A stretch of 64,000 nt of DNA from Octopus vulgaris (lineage: Eukaryota). Both the position numbers and the translations under genes were made by a program. Shown here piece after piece: positions 1-12,217 of the stretch (position 1 is the stretch's first letter; each line of letters begins with the position of its first letter). The stretch is taken from NCBI GenBank assembly GCA_951406725.2, contig OX597814.1, forward strand, positions 210,738,001 through 210,802,000, in the 5' to 3' direction. The notes beneath the pieces were generated by a model that was not told the DNA's origin, searched no databases, and saw nothing but the letters and a program-made list of their open reading frames with translations.

Positions 1-95
1 TATATATATAAATAGGTGAATGAATTATCCTATGTTTATCGTCAGTATGGAAAATTCGTCGAACCGAAATCAGGGTAGCAAATTCACGTCAGAAA

Positions 96-142
96 CACGG
101 CTGAAGCGACCTGTCCAAGGGTAGAAACTCTGGGTTCATGTG
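96..142 (+). ncRNA. Degenerate hammerhead-like motif in a TA-flanked PLE-terminus-like segment (~11-285)
   Basis: cacgg-CTGAAGC-g-acc(tgtccaag)ggt-a-GAAA-ctctggg-TT-catgtg. The layout is HHR type I, but the core and helix I carry mismatches. Confidence 0.35.
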
Positions 143-330
143 CAGAAATTTGTGTGTTGTATATGAATAAATGAAAGAATGGAGTCGAACGAAGATGTTA
201 ACAAAATTCCTTTACTTTCGACATAGTTTCGAAGATAACATGGTTTCATTCCAAGGGAATAAAGGGTGCATTATGCAATTTTTCTCATATATATACATAT
301 GTATGTATAGGTAGGTAGGTAGGTAGAAAT

Positions 331-743
331 CTCACCCCCATTAAAAAATTGCCATTCAAATGTTGGGTTATCTCCCCAATAAAAAGTCAAGTTAATGTGA
401 CGACAATAGTTTGGATTAAAAGAGTTAGATCCTTTTAATTCAATACTTCAACACATTGCTGACATTTAGCTTCCTCACTGGTCATGATATGATTTGTTAT
501 AAAAATATTATCAGATTCAGTAAGATGGTTAATGTTTTCATTTCCATGTTTATTAATTTTTTTCAGTTTTGTATGATTTGTTATAAAAATATTATCAGAT
601 TCAAAACGATGTTTCATCTTTTCACTTTTTGTGCTTATTAATTTTATCGTATTTTTTAAATTTATTTATGGTGGGTTAAACATTTTTTTAGTTGAGGAAG
701 ATAAACAAAAATTATCGGTAATTTTCGTAAAAGTGGGGGTGGG
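331..743. mobile_element. Possible MITE-like element with imperfect terminal inverted repeats and an internal 32-bp direct repeat
   Basis: ctcacccccattaaaaaattgcc at the left end resembles the reverse complement of ggtaattttcgtaaaagtgggggtggg at the right end. TATGATTTGTTATAAAAATATTATCAGATTCA occurs exactly at 488-519 and 572-603. Confidence 0.3.
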
Positions 744-1002
744 GCGGATAATCTAATTTTTAAAATACGTACCGGTATGTATACCAACACACACATATAT
801 ATGTATGTATGAATACCAACATACCTCTGTATATGTGTGAGTATGTGTGCATGCGTGTACGTGTGTTGATTACGTAATACGTGTTCCCTTGACATATATT
901 CGATTTCATATTATGCTATTCACTCGACCAAAAGCTATTGTATGAAGCATATGTGTATTGAGATCACATATTAGATAATTGCCATGGTTATGTCTAAGCT
1001 GA

Positions 1003-1067
<65 letters not shown>

Positions 1068-1072
<5 letters not shown>

Positions 1073-1235
1073 GGAGAGTTTACGAAAAAAACAAAAGACG
1101 AAGACAGGTGGTATACAAAATAAACAGATGTATTAGTATAACGCTTAGGAATAGTAAAAAGTATTTTACCTTTCGAGCCTACGCTCTTCTACAGAAAGAG
1201 ACACAGAAAAAACAAGGAGAGAAATAAATGTGTGC
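1068..1235 (-). mobile_element. Non-autonomous PLE-terminus-like repeat, family H1, with HHR-like motif at 1162-1199
   Basis: Homologous to 33838-34022, 37440-37590 and 39138-39210. The minus strand reads tcttt-CTGTAGAA-gagc(gtag)gctc-GAAA-gg-TA-aaata. It abuts a long (TA)n tract. Confidence 0.6.
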
Positions 1236-2114
1236 AACGGCTAACGATCTATTAGAAAGAAAAGAAATGTAATTGTCACAGAGTTTGTATAATGAAATTT
1301 ATGGTGATGTATGTGTGTTTTTATGCGTGGGTGTGTGTCTTTCTCTTTACGTTTGTACTCCAGCACCGATCGACAACCTTACGAACTAACAGTTCGGCAA
1401 ACAAGTCGTATAAAATAAATACTGACATAAAAATATGTACCGTCCATGTTTTTTTCGCATAAGCCATTCAAGATGCGTGATATTGCAATCCCACTAATTG
1501 CGCAGAAACAAATGAAAGTAATCATGTATGTTATAATTTCAACTTGCAGTAAATTACTATATTTTATAGAGAACATAAATTCGATTTTTCCACCGCAATA
1601 AAAGTATTAGTAAACATGAAATATTGCAATACATTTTATTGTTCTTGAAAGAGAATTTTAGGAAAATTACTGATTAACCTGATTTTACACTGTCCTGTGT
1701 ATTGTCGAGAGCTAAAGAATTTTACATGAAGCTAAATGTCAAGTTATGAGACACAAGGTACGAGCTGGGGTTGCGATTATGCATAGTACGAGCATCTATG
1801 TCAGTATATCCTTGAGAGCATAAATGATGGTAACTACTCCTGCAGGTTTTACATCATAAGGCAAGGACTACCAAGTTCATAGTTGTAAAATCCCTCTATG
1901 AGGAAAGACAGATTGCAATTTTTCTTGGGCAGAATTGGTTAAACGGCATACACTTATATTGATTTCTTTGTCATCGCCAATGTCCTGTATACGTAAGAGC
2001 CCTAACCATTGTTGATTTACAGTTTTAAAATTTATTGAAAGTAAGGATATTAAGCAATGATTACGCATCCTTTATATTAGAAGTTTAGCCGAATTTAATA
2101 GTGGATGATATAAA

Positions 2115-2515
2115 ATGGCGAGCTGGCAGGAGCGTTAGAGCGCAGGAGGAAATGCTTAGCGGTCTTTCGTCTTTCTTTACGTGCTGAGCTGAAATTCTGC
2201 CGAGGTCGACTTTGCCTTTCATCCTTTTAGAGTCGATAAAATAAGTACCAGTTACGCACTGGGGTCGATATAATAGGCTTAATCCCTTTGCCTGACCTTG
2301 TTTGTCCCCTCTATGTTTAACCCCTTGTGGGCAATAAAGAAATAGGTATTTCGTTTGTCTTTACGTTCTGAGTTCAAATTCACCCGAGGTCGACTTTGCT
2401 TTTCACCCTTTCGGGGTCGATAAATTAAATACCAGTTGCGTACTGGGGTCGATCTAATCGACTGGCTCCTTCTCCATAAAAATTCCAGGCGCTGTGCCTA
2501 CAGTAGAAAAGAATA
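2115..2515 (+). mobile_element. tRNA-derived SINE family B, head-to-tail dimer (full monomer plus 5'-truncated monomer with a different tail)
   Basis: GGCGAGCTGGCAG head; GAGTTCAAAT B-box-like motif (intact in the second monomer); central GTCGACTTTGCCTTTCATCCTTTCGGGGTCGATAAA..TACCAG domain present twice; homologous to 27244 and 38701. Confidence 0.85.
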
Positions 2516-3291
2516 TAAGACAGCCTAACTGCTATCTCTTAGTTATTAACTCTACTAGAATTCACTTGCTTTATTGAAGAGCGTTTCTTAGGAATAAAAT
2601 GTATTACTTTTTTTGCTTGTTTTAACGGTGGCGTACACGATTTATCAGGAACGCGATGCCAACATTCTAATGCTAGAACCTGGAAAATAGTCGGTTAAAG
2701 GAAAAAGTCATGAAGAGACAGAAAGAGAGGAGGAGAGAGAGAGAGGTGTGGAGGAAAGAAACGCTTCCACTTTACTCGTACTTATATATGAACACTGAAG
2801 TAATAGAAATTAAATTGGGACACGGTGACATTTAAAGTTAGAACATAGCAAGTCAAACCATGTTTCTGCTAATTCTCAATAGGATGACGAATACTATAAT
2901 TATTGATATATCCGAGGAACTTCGCTGAATATTTAGTGTCAAATAAAGTGATGTAACAGAAATATTAATCCGATGATACCTCGTTTCCTCGTCAGCTTAT
3001 TGGCAGCTGGATGTTAAGCAAGTTTAAGCGAAAATTTGTAGTGAAATGTTGACTTTGCGTGCATTAAGATGACTTGGCAATATTGTTAGTCACACATGTT
3101 TCGATATAGTAGCATAAAAGAATACGAATCATTTCTTTGGGTATAATTGTAAACAAATTTAAATATCTTATCATAATTCCCTAATATGACACTCATACTT
3201 AATTTTGATATAGTAGCTTCTAGGAGCGATGTTGACAGACATATTCGACCTGTTGACATTCTTATCATTAAGGTTACTTTGTTACAGAGTA

Positions 3292-5092
3292 CATCATCAT
3301 CATCATCATTTAACGTCTGCTTTCCTTGCTACCATGGGTTGGACGATTTGACTGAGCCAGATGGCTTCATCAGGCTCCAAACTGATCTGGTAGAGTTTCT
3401 ACAGCTGGATGCCTTTCCTAACGCCAACTACTCCGAGAGTGTAGTGGATGACTTTACGTGACACCGGCACGAGATCCAGTCAGGCGGTACAGGCAACGGC
3501 CACGCTCAAATGGTGTTTTTTACATGCCACCTGCACAGGAGTCAGTCCGGGCGGCACTGCCAACGACCTCAGTCGACTGTTTTTTCACGCAACACCTGCA
3601 CAAGTGCCAGTAAGGAGACGCTGATAACGATCACGCTCGAACGGTGCTTTTTACGTGCCACCGGCATGGCAACCAGTTGGCTGCTCTGGCCAAGATCACA
3701 CTCGGATGATACTCTTAGCGCTCCACTAGCACAGATGCCAGTCATTGAATTTGATTTCAATTTCACTTGCCTCAACAGGTCTTTGCAAGCAGAGTTTAGT
3801 GTCCAACGAAGGAAAGGTACGCATAAGTGGGCTGGTTATAACCCTGGCATAGGCCACGAGGTTATGGTCTCGCTTGGCTTCCGGGTCTACTCAAGCACAG
3901 AACATTTCCAAAGGCCTCGGTCACTAATCATTGCCTCGGTGAGGCCTAATGTTCGAAGGTCATACTTCACCATCTCATCCCAGGTCTACCTCTTCCACAG
4001 ATTCCCTCAACCGCTAGAGTGTGGTAGCTTTTCACACAGCTATCCTTATCCATTCTCGCCACTTGGCCATACCAGCGTATCGTCTCTCTTACACACCACA
4101 ACTGATGCTTCTTAGGTCCAACTTTTCTCTGTCGAGTATGCACACTGATATTACATATCCATCGGAGCATACTGGCTTCGTTCCTTGCAAGATTATGCAT
4201 GTCCTCAGTAGTCACGGCCCATGTTTCACTGCTATGTAGCATGGCTGTTCATACACATCCGTCATACAGTCTACTTTTTACTCTGAGCGAGAGGCCCTTT
4301 GTCACCAGCAGAGGTAAGAGCTCTCTGAACTTTGCTCAGACTATTCTTATTCTAGCAGCTACATTTTCAGCGCACCCTTCCCGCTACAGAAGCTATCAAC
4401 TACTTCTAGCTTTTCTCCTTGAAATGTGGCGGAAGTTGTTCTCTGCACATTTTCAGTGCTAATTGCTCCTGAGCAATTAACCTTCGCTGTTAGCCTTTCT
4501 TTGATATTGCTGCACCTGTTATGTGTTCATAGCTTATACTGGGTACATCTTGTAGAGTTTCTACCTACACCTTTTCTACAGATCGAGCAGGGCCAACTAC
4601 TTGAAGGGATTTGGGGTTTACCTGCCTTCCTACTTATTAGGACTTTGGTTTTAGCTAGGTTGACTCTAAAGCCCGTCGATTCTAATCCTTGTTTCCACAC
4701 CTGAAATTTCTCCTCTAGCTCTGATTGTGATTCAGCAATTAGAGCAAGGTCGTCAGCATAGAGGAGCTCCCATGAGCATCCTAACTGAATTCGTTTGTTA
4801 TTGTCTGGAGGACTATGATAAATAGGATGGGGCTGAAGACTGAACATTGGTAGACCCATATATCTACCCGGAATTCTTCACTACTTATTGCCAACCCTCA
4901 CCTTACTGACAGCGTCCCTGTACATGACTTGCACAGCTCTCACTAACCATTCAACTATCCCTAGTTTCCTCATTGACCACCAGATAAAGGATCGGAGGAC
5001 CCTGTCAAAGGCTTTCTCCATGTCAACGAACGCCAGGTACAGAGGATTACATTTGGGGAGGTAATTTTCCTGCAGCTGTCTTAGCAGAAATA
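3292..5092 (-). mobile_element. 5'-truncated RTE-clade LINE (decayed RT plus 3' UTR, (GAT)n tail)
   Basis: Minus-strand peptides AFVDMEKAFDRV, WELLYADDLALIAES, MLHSSETWAVT...MLRWICN and GRGRP..W, with frameshifts; (CAT)n at 3292-3309. Confidence 0.9.
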
Positions 5093-5743
5093 CAGAATTT
5101 TTGAAATTCAGGCTGATATATATTTAAATCATAAGGTAACATCGAAAAAATATATAGGGTAAAATAGATTCACACACCTTATTTTGTTTAATTGACAGCG
5201 TCCCTGTACATGTCTTGCACAGCTCTCACTAACCATTCACCTATCCCTAGTTTCCTCATTGACCACCAGAAAAGGGATCGGAGGACCCTGTCAAAGGATT
5301 TCTCCATGTCAACGAACGCCAGGTACAGAGGATTACGTTTGGGTAGGTAATTTTCCTGCAGCTGTCTTAGCAGAAATACAGAAATTTTTAAAATTCAGGT
5401 TGATATATATTTAAATCATAAGGTAACATCGAAAAAATATGTAGGGTAAAATAGATTCACACACCTTATTGACAGCGTCCCTGTACATGTCTTGCACAGC
5501 TCTCACTAAGCATTCACCTATCCCTAGTTTTCTCATTGACCACCAGAAAAGGGATCGGAGGACCCTGTCAAAGGCTTTCTCCATGTCAACGAACGCCAAA
5601 TACAGAGGATTACATTTGGGTAGGTAATGGTCCTGCAGCTGTCTTAGCAGAAATACAGAATTTTTGAAATTCAGCTTGATATATATTTAAATCATAAGGT
5701 AACATCGAAAAAATATATAGGGTAAAATAGATTCACACACTTA
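4906..5743. repeat. Tandem triplication of a ~276-bp unit spanning the RTE 5' truncation junction
   Basis: Three near-identical units at ~4906-5181, 5192-5468 and 5469-5743, each an RT fragment plus AT-rich flank. Confidence 0.9.
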
Positions 5744-6384
5744 ATTCAGAATGCGATTTTATCGCCCTACATTTCAAAAATAATGTGATCTAACTTTTAA
5801 TGTAAACTCCTGCTGTTTCCATACAACAAAATATGAAAATAAATTCAGTTTACATACTCATTCACTTCATCGCTTTTTCTGGTTTCTAAATTGAAAATAC
5901 TACTTTTCAATACTGAAAAAGTGAAATATTGAATATTTTAAGATAAAAAAAAAATAGATAGTGATCGATATCCAGGTGTAGTTTAAGCAAGGGAAAAGTA
6001 AGTCATATAAAAAAGTGCATGCTATATTGTATGAATTTGCGTTTCGGTAAGATTACCCATTCAGTAAGTTTAGCATTCACCGCAAGATACCTTCAGACAG
6101 TAAATATCGAATATTTCATTTAGAAAAAAAAAAAAAGAAAAAAGAAAAAAAAGAAAAAGAATTCGACTAAATCTCTTTTACATTTCCGTCGGAAATAGAT
6201 AGCATTTTATAAAGTATTTATTTTCTAGATATTCGAAAACATCATTGACATAATGTCACCCAAATAGACATATGCACAAGGCACGTACACGCATATACAT
6301 TTATGAATACATTCATGTATATGTGGCTGAGACGATGTTTCTGCAATGTACAGGAAATATGTGACACGCACATCTCCATTAATA

Positions 6385-6492
<108 letters not shown>

Positions 6493-6611
6493 TGTGTGTG
6501 TGTGTGTATATGCATATATATATATATACATATACATATATATGTGTGTGTATATAAATATATAGATAGATACATATGTAAGTATGTATATATATATATA
6601 TATATATATAT

Positions 6612-6789
6612 ACTCTCTCTTTTTACTCTTCTACTTGTGTCAGTCATTTGACTGCGGCCATGCTGGAGCACCGCCTTTAGTCGAGCAAATCGACCCCGGG
6701 ACTTATTCTTTGTAAGCCCAGTACTTATTCTATCGGTCTCTTTTGCCGAACCGCTATGTCACGGGGACGTAAACGCACCAGCATTGGTT
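6612..6789 (-). mobile_element. SINE family A, 3' half
   Basis: Matches the 3' half of the full copy at 41590-42030 (CAGTCATTTGACTGCGGCCATGCTGGAGCACCGCC...). It stops at the PLE 3' end. Confidence 0.85.
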
Positions 6790-7020
6790 TGTGAGAGCAC
6801 GTGGTTGAATATATAGAAAATAGTATATATATATATATATATAGATAAGAAAGTTTGTTTGGTAAAGCACGTGGGTGAATATATAAGAAAATAGTAAAGT
6901 GTGAAAAAACGACAGAAGGCTTAAATGTTAAAAGATATATATATTTGTGTCAAAATGTCTGGAGAATATTGGAAAAATTTTTTTTCCTTTCCTTAAAATG
7001 ACATAATTTTTAAATTTTTA

Positions 7021-7060
7021 AAGAAATTACCGGTTTCGCGTGTAGCTTTTCAAATTTCTT
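7021..7060 (-). ncRNA. Minimal type I hammerhead ribozyme (U3-A8 variant) in PLE pseudo-LTR
   Basis: Exact reverse complement of 8917-8956. Confidence 0.75.
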
Positions 7061-7196
7061 GTGACGTTATGTTTATATTGCATGGATTTATCGTTGTTTT
7101 TATTTCCAGGAGATTTCTAAATAAGGGGAGGTAGTGAGTGATTTTTTCCGGTGTAGGGGAGATAATCGCTTAAAAAATTTTTTTCCCATTTCCTTG

Positions 7197-8579
7197 TTAA
7201 TTTCTCTGTGTCAGTATGTTCGGATGGTTGAGTCTGGGTTTGTACTTTTCAATGAAGAATGTTTCCTTGTTCAGTCTCATTTGTGTTGATGATCCGAAAG
7301 CACATTGGTAAAATGGGAAGATTAAAAATTGTGGCAGTAGTTGCTTTGCGCATTTCTCAATGTGCTCACTAAAAGGTATCATTCTATATTCTGGGAATGC
7401 AATCTGTTGTCGATGCAGTGTGCATCTGCGCCTGAGTGATAGTCCCGTGGAACCCACGTAGTCTTGGTGGCAGCCCGAGCATTTAATAACATAAATTATG
7501 TTTTCAGAGGCACAAGTAAAGTTAGATTTGATCTTAAATTTCTGTCCTTCTTTAAAGAAGAATTCTGATCCTTCCAATAGGTTAGGACATGTTGCACAGT
7601 TCGATCTACCACATTTTTTTACTTTTGCATCCGTAATTTTAGAAGACAATTTTGCCTTTGTGAGAATCTTTTTAAGTGATTTAGGCTGTTTGTAGCTTTT
7701 AATGATTTGGTGTATGTTTAGAATTTCCCTTAATTTTGGGTTTTTATGAAGTATTGGTAAATTCTGGGTGATGATGGTGAAGGCTTCTTTGTTTCTGGGG
7801 TTGTATGTAGATATGTAAGGTAGTATTTTCGGGGAAGGTGTGTTGTTGTGTTGAACTTTTCTTAAAGTTTCTATGTTGATTTCTGTTGCACGTCTGATCC
7901 CATCCTCTATGAGTTGAGCTGGGTAATGTCTGTCAATTAGGGTGTTTTTGAGTTCTTGCAGTCTAAAGTTCCTGGTATTTTGTTCTGACACTATTGTGCA
8001 TATCCTTCTTGCAAGGTTGAAGGGTATGTTTGTTTTAGTGTGTCTTGGGTGGCATGAATTAAAAAGAAGGTATTGTTTGGCGTCTGTGGCTTTGTAAAAA
8101 ATGTCTGTTTCTATTTTAAGGTTAATTTTTTTAATTAGTATATCCAAGAACGGGAGCTCCTTTTGGTTGTATTCCATTGTGAACTGTATATTTGGGTTTA
8201 TGCTGTTCAATAGGTTTTTAAATTTTAGGAGTTTATCTATGTTTTCATTCCAGAGAATGAAACAATCGTCTAGGAATCGTTTCCAATTCTCTTTTATGTA
8301 TTGAGAGAGGGAGTTTCCAAAGATTGATAGAGATTCCTGGTAAATGATTATTTCCATGTATCCCATTGTTAAGTTCGCAATGACTGGTGCTGCCCTTGTA
8401 CCCATAGCAATTCCGGATTTTTGACGGTAAAATGTATTGTCAAACATGAAGTGGTTATTGTGTAGGATGAATTCAATTGATTTAGTAATGAATTCCTTAC
8501 TGATCCTTTTTGGTATTTCTTCCGGAAATTGGTCTAACCAGAATTGTATTGCCTCCAGTCCATAATTATGAGGTATATA
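7197..8579 (-). CDS. PLE reverse transcriptase (N-terminally truncated) plus GIY-YIG endonuclease; open frame of ~460 codons
   Basis: GIAMGTRAAPVIANLTM, WKRFLDDCFILW, LPFLDILIK, DIFYKATD..QYLLFNSCHPRH, linker CGRSNCATC (CX4CX2C), NIIYVIKCSGCHQDYVGST..LRRRCTLH. The first ~13 aa of the listed 473-aa ORF come from the inverted arm. Confidence 0.92.
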   Translation of the reverse strand, partial: YIPHNYGLEAIQFWLDQFPEEIPKRISKEFITKSIEFILHNNHFMFDNTFYRQKSGIAMGTRAAPVIANLTMGYMEIIIYQESLSIFGNSLSQYIKENWKRFLDDCFILWNENIDKLLKFKNLLNSINPNIQFTMEYNQKELPFLDILIKKINLKIETDIFYKATDAKQYLLFNSCHPRHTKTNIPFNLARRICTIVSEQNTRNFRLQELKNTLIDRHYPAQLIEDGIRRATEINIETLRKVQHNNTPSPKILPYISTYNPRNKEAFTIITQNLPILHKNPKLREILNIHQIIKSYKQPKSLKKILTKAKLSSKITDAKVKKCGRSNCATCPNLLEGSEFFFKEGQKFKIKSNFTCASENIIYVIKCSGCHQDYVGSTGLSLRRRCTLHRQQIAFPEYRMIPFSEHIEKCAKQLLPQFLIFPFYQCAFGSSTQMRLNKETFFIEKYKPRLNHPNILTQRN

Positions 8580-8916
8580 ATTCCCAGAATATAGAATGAT
8601 ACCTTTTAGTGAGCACATTGAGAAATGCGCAAAGCAACTACTGCCACAATTTTTAATCTTCCCATTTTACCAATGTGCTTTCGGATCATCAACACAAATG
8701 AGACTGAACAAGGAAACATTCTTCATTGAAAAGTACAAACCCAGACTCAACCATCCGAACATACTGACACAGAGAAATTAACAAGGAAATGGGAAAAAAA
8801 TTTTTAAGCGATTATCTCCCCTACACCGGAAAAAATCACTCACTACCTCCCCTTATTTAGAAATCTCCTGGAAATAAAAACAACGATAAATCCATGCAAT
8901 ATAAACATAACGTCAC

Positions 8917-8956
8917 AAGAAATTTGAAAAGCTACACGCGAAACCGGTAATTTCTT
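8917..8956 (+). ncRNA. Minimal type I hammerhead ribozyme (U3-A8 variant) in inverted PLE pseudo-LTR
   Basis: aagaaat-TTGAAAA-gc(tacac)gc-GAAA-ccgg-TA-atttctt: 7-bp helix I, compensated C3U/G8A core, 2-bp helix II, palindromic CCGG helix III loop. Confidence 0.75.
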
Positions 8957-9245
8957 TAAAAATTTAAAAATTATGTCATTTTAAGGAAAGGAAAAAAATT
9001 TTTCCAATATTCTCCAGACATTTTGACACAAATATATATATCTTTTAACATTTAAGCCTTCTGTCGTTTTTTCACACTTTACTATTTTCTTATATATATA
9101 TATATATATATACATATAGACAGATAGATAGATAGATAGATAGTGGAGGAAGAGAGTATATCTAGATATAGATATTCCTATAAGTACAGTTGTGTGCGCA
9201 AACGATTACACACTAAGCCACATGCACATACACACATTTGTATGT

Positions 9246-9281
<36 letters not shown>

Positions 9282-9623
9282 TCCAGCAGTTGCGTCGTCA
9301 TAGGAAACATACCAGTTATATCAAGCTATCATACTCGATTTAATTGAAATTATAATTTTTATCAAAAAGGAAAATAACTGAAATCTCTCATGCATGGGTA
9401 AATGTGAGATCTGCAGAAATAAATGAAAAAAAAAAGTGCTCACGGCTCATTCACAAGATCAAGTTACCGTATTAGGGAATACCTCTTGTAGAGGGTGTAT
9501 ATTCAATCAATGATTTCTAAGATGTCTGAATGTTTGATGGACGAAACCTTGTCGGTCTATATTGAAAATTCACATATAATTCTATATTTCTTAATGGTGC
9601 GCTCTGCATGAACAGATAATTTT

Positions 9624-9635
9624 ATCTGTCTGTTT

Positions 9636-9707
<72 letters not shown>

Positions 9708-9762
9708 ATATATATATATATCTATCTAACTTTTTTCTATGTATCTATCTCTCTATCTCTCC

Positions 9763-9842
<80 letters not shown>

Positions 9843-9864
9843 GTCTATCTATCTGTCTGTCTGT

Positions 9865-9904
<40 letters not shown>

Positions 9905-9940
9905 ATTTCCATCTATCTATCTATCTATCTATCTATCTAT
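9624..9940. repeat. (TATC)n/(TCTG)n microsatellite complex
   Basis: Directly visible. Confidence 0.95.
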
Positions 9941-10284
9941 TTCTTCTGCAAATGATTAAATGCATGGGTGAGCAATTATTAATATAGTTTAGATAAGTCT
10001 GCATTACTAAAAAATATATATTCATGTGTCTGTGCGCGCCCGTGTTTGCGCATTTTCTGAGAATATATGTACATACATGCATACACAAAAACACCCACAA
10101 ATACATAACCATACGGCACGTGCATAGCAAAGTATGAGTTAATTCACAGTATATCTTCAGCCAATTAATATAGGAAATGTTCCTTTTTTTTTTACTTTTT
10201 TTTTTCGAAATTTAGATCTCTTCACCTCCTCAATATCAATCCCATTACAGTGACGTATTATTTTATATTCCCTTCTCAAAAATA

Positions 10285-10414
10285 GGCGCAGGCGTGGCTG
10301 TGCGGTAGGAAGCTTGCTTCCCAACCACATGTTTTCAGATTTAGTCCTGCTATGTGGTACGTTAGGCAAGTGGCTTCTATAAGATACCCGGGCCAACCAA
10401 AGCTTTGTGAGTGG
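10285..10414 (+). mobile_element. SINE family A, 5' part (tRNA-like head)
   Basis: GGCGCAGGCGTGGCTGTGCGGTAGGAAGCTTGCTTCCCAACCACATG..., homologous to 41590. Confidence 0.8.
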
Positions 10415-12217
10415 AGGAACTAGTCTTTCTCATTCGAAAACTGAGCCCCGCCCTGCAAATTTTGCTCAGATAGCTTTCAGTTTTGGAGCATCGATGCAAT
10501 TCTGAATGTTGATTACGATCAACCAATTACTTTATCTCGAAAATTATAAAAATCTGATGTTATTTGGATAATTTTAGCCAATCAACATACAGCATGACAT
10601 TAACAGCTTATTACCATGACAACTTCACTACGTGTTGTGGTTAACTCCTGTCTGTGCCTCTGTTGACTATGTTGTTTTTTCACACTAGTTATTTTCACAT
10701 ATTTTTCATTTCATTTATTTTTGGGATTCATTGACTCAGATACCTGAATTTATGATTTCACTAGGTTAATTCTATTCATAAATAATTACATTAGGAGTAT
10801 TTCTTAAACGGTTAGCTTCACATTTCAACTGCTTACCTCAAATTTAACAAATGTAACAGGGACTGAGATGGATATTTTGTGGGACAGAGAAACTGTGGGT
10901 GATACAGATAATTTGACATCATTGCTGAATTCCGCATGCAAAAACATATAAGATACAGGTATTCTTTTCCTTGGGACAAAATCTTTTGTTGACCTGTATT
11001 ATTGTAGTTTACAAATCCAAGCGTGTAAACGTTGTTCAAATATGGAGTGCTGGAAACAGACGCCCTCTTTTCACTTACACACGGGTCAATATCTGGTGAG
11101 GAGAGTCATTTCCGATGATTTCGTTCTGGAATTTATTGAAGAGTTTTACATACATCTACCACAGTCTCAACGGAAACAAAACAGAAAACAAATTTGTTTG
11201 CTGCATGAATGGAGAATATCAATAGATATAGCTGACATAACTGTGGAATTCGATGGTGAATATATGCGTTAAACTAGCTCATATTTTAAATGTCAACGAA
11301 CTCCGATATTTGTTGTTCAATAAATATTTATCTTCTAGCCATTAATTAACATGGAAGTTTGAATATGTATATCGTTAAAATACGTCATAACTTTTCTAGA
11401 TATTAGAAATAATTAGATAGGGACATGCAGAATTATACAAAATTTCTAATCAGCGTTTAATCGCGATTGCTGTATCACTTCCCTAAACGCCATATACGCT
11501 TTTGCTAGGATTATGTATACTTACTTAAAAGGTTGATAAGGAAAAACAACCACATACTATTTAAACCTAATGAAGAAGACGTATATTTCCATGTGTAACC
11601 TAAATACACTTTGAATTGAGTTTGGAAAAAGTTCGCTCCACCTGCTGATAGCACTGGCTTTAGTTGTACAATCTGCCAGTCCAGTAGACCAGTGACGTAG
11701 CGTTAATTCAAACTTAGGACAAGGCGGTTTTGTTCCTTTCCGATTAAATGATGTATATGCCACGTACATTTCTTTTGTATTCTGGATTATATCATGCACT
11801 AGGCAGAAACTTGTAAAAATGTCTACGAAGGTCAATACGTGCTTTGTTAACATTAATCAAACAATAATGGTTTACTGATGATTGATGAATACACACAGAC
11901 ACACACATACGCACCCACACATACTCATACATACAGACTCAGACACATAGGTAGACACCCACACACAAACACACACACATAAAGCCAGACATAGACACAT
12001 ACACATACAGACAGGCAGACAGACACGGACACACACATATTCCTCATGCTGAAGCATCGGCTTGAGGAATTTTAGTCGAAAGAATCAAGCATGGTACTCA
12101 TAATACCAATAACAATAAACAACGAAAACGGAATGCAATTTCCGAAAATTGCAATATGCCGAACGTGATGGAGGATGGTAAAACGATCAATGTATACAGA
12201 AGTCGAAGAAAGAAAGT

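Larger units (their letters stand above)
6796..9097 (-). mobile_element. Penelope-like element (Neptune-type), 5'-truncated, with inverted duplicate of its 3' end (pseudo-LTR)
   Basis: RT+GIY-YIG ORF on the minus strand; 6879-7398 is the reverse complement of 8580-9097; HHR in both arms; terminal 30-bp segment duplicated (6796-6825 and 6866-6896); flanked by (TA)n. Confidence 0.93.

Noticed and set aside
3510-4115. 201-aa + strand ORF
   Set aside because: It is antisense to the RTE C-terminus and 3' UTR, with no recognisable domain.
8596-8781. 61-aa + strand ORF as a separate gene
   Set aside because: It is the inverted duplicate of the PLE GIY-YIG C-terminus.
9515-9556. HHR-like gac-GAAA-ccttg-TC
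   Set aside because: No convincing CUGANGA core or helix I.
10837-11125. Possible minus-strand exon (AG acceptors at ~11126 or ~11093, GTAAGC donor at 10836; DIDPCVSEK...)
   Set aside because: No recognisable protein family or partner exons; transcript data are needed.
11557-11853. 98-aa minus-strand ORF in unique sequence
   Set aside because: No recognisable motif or clear splice context.
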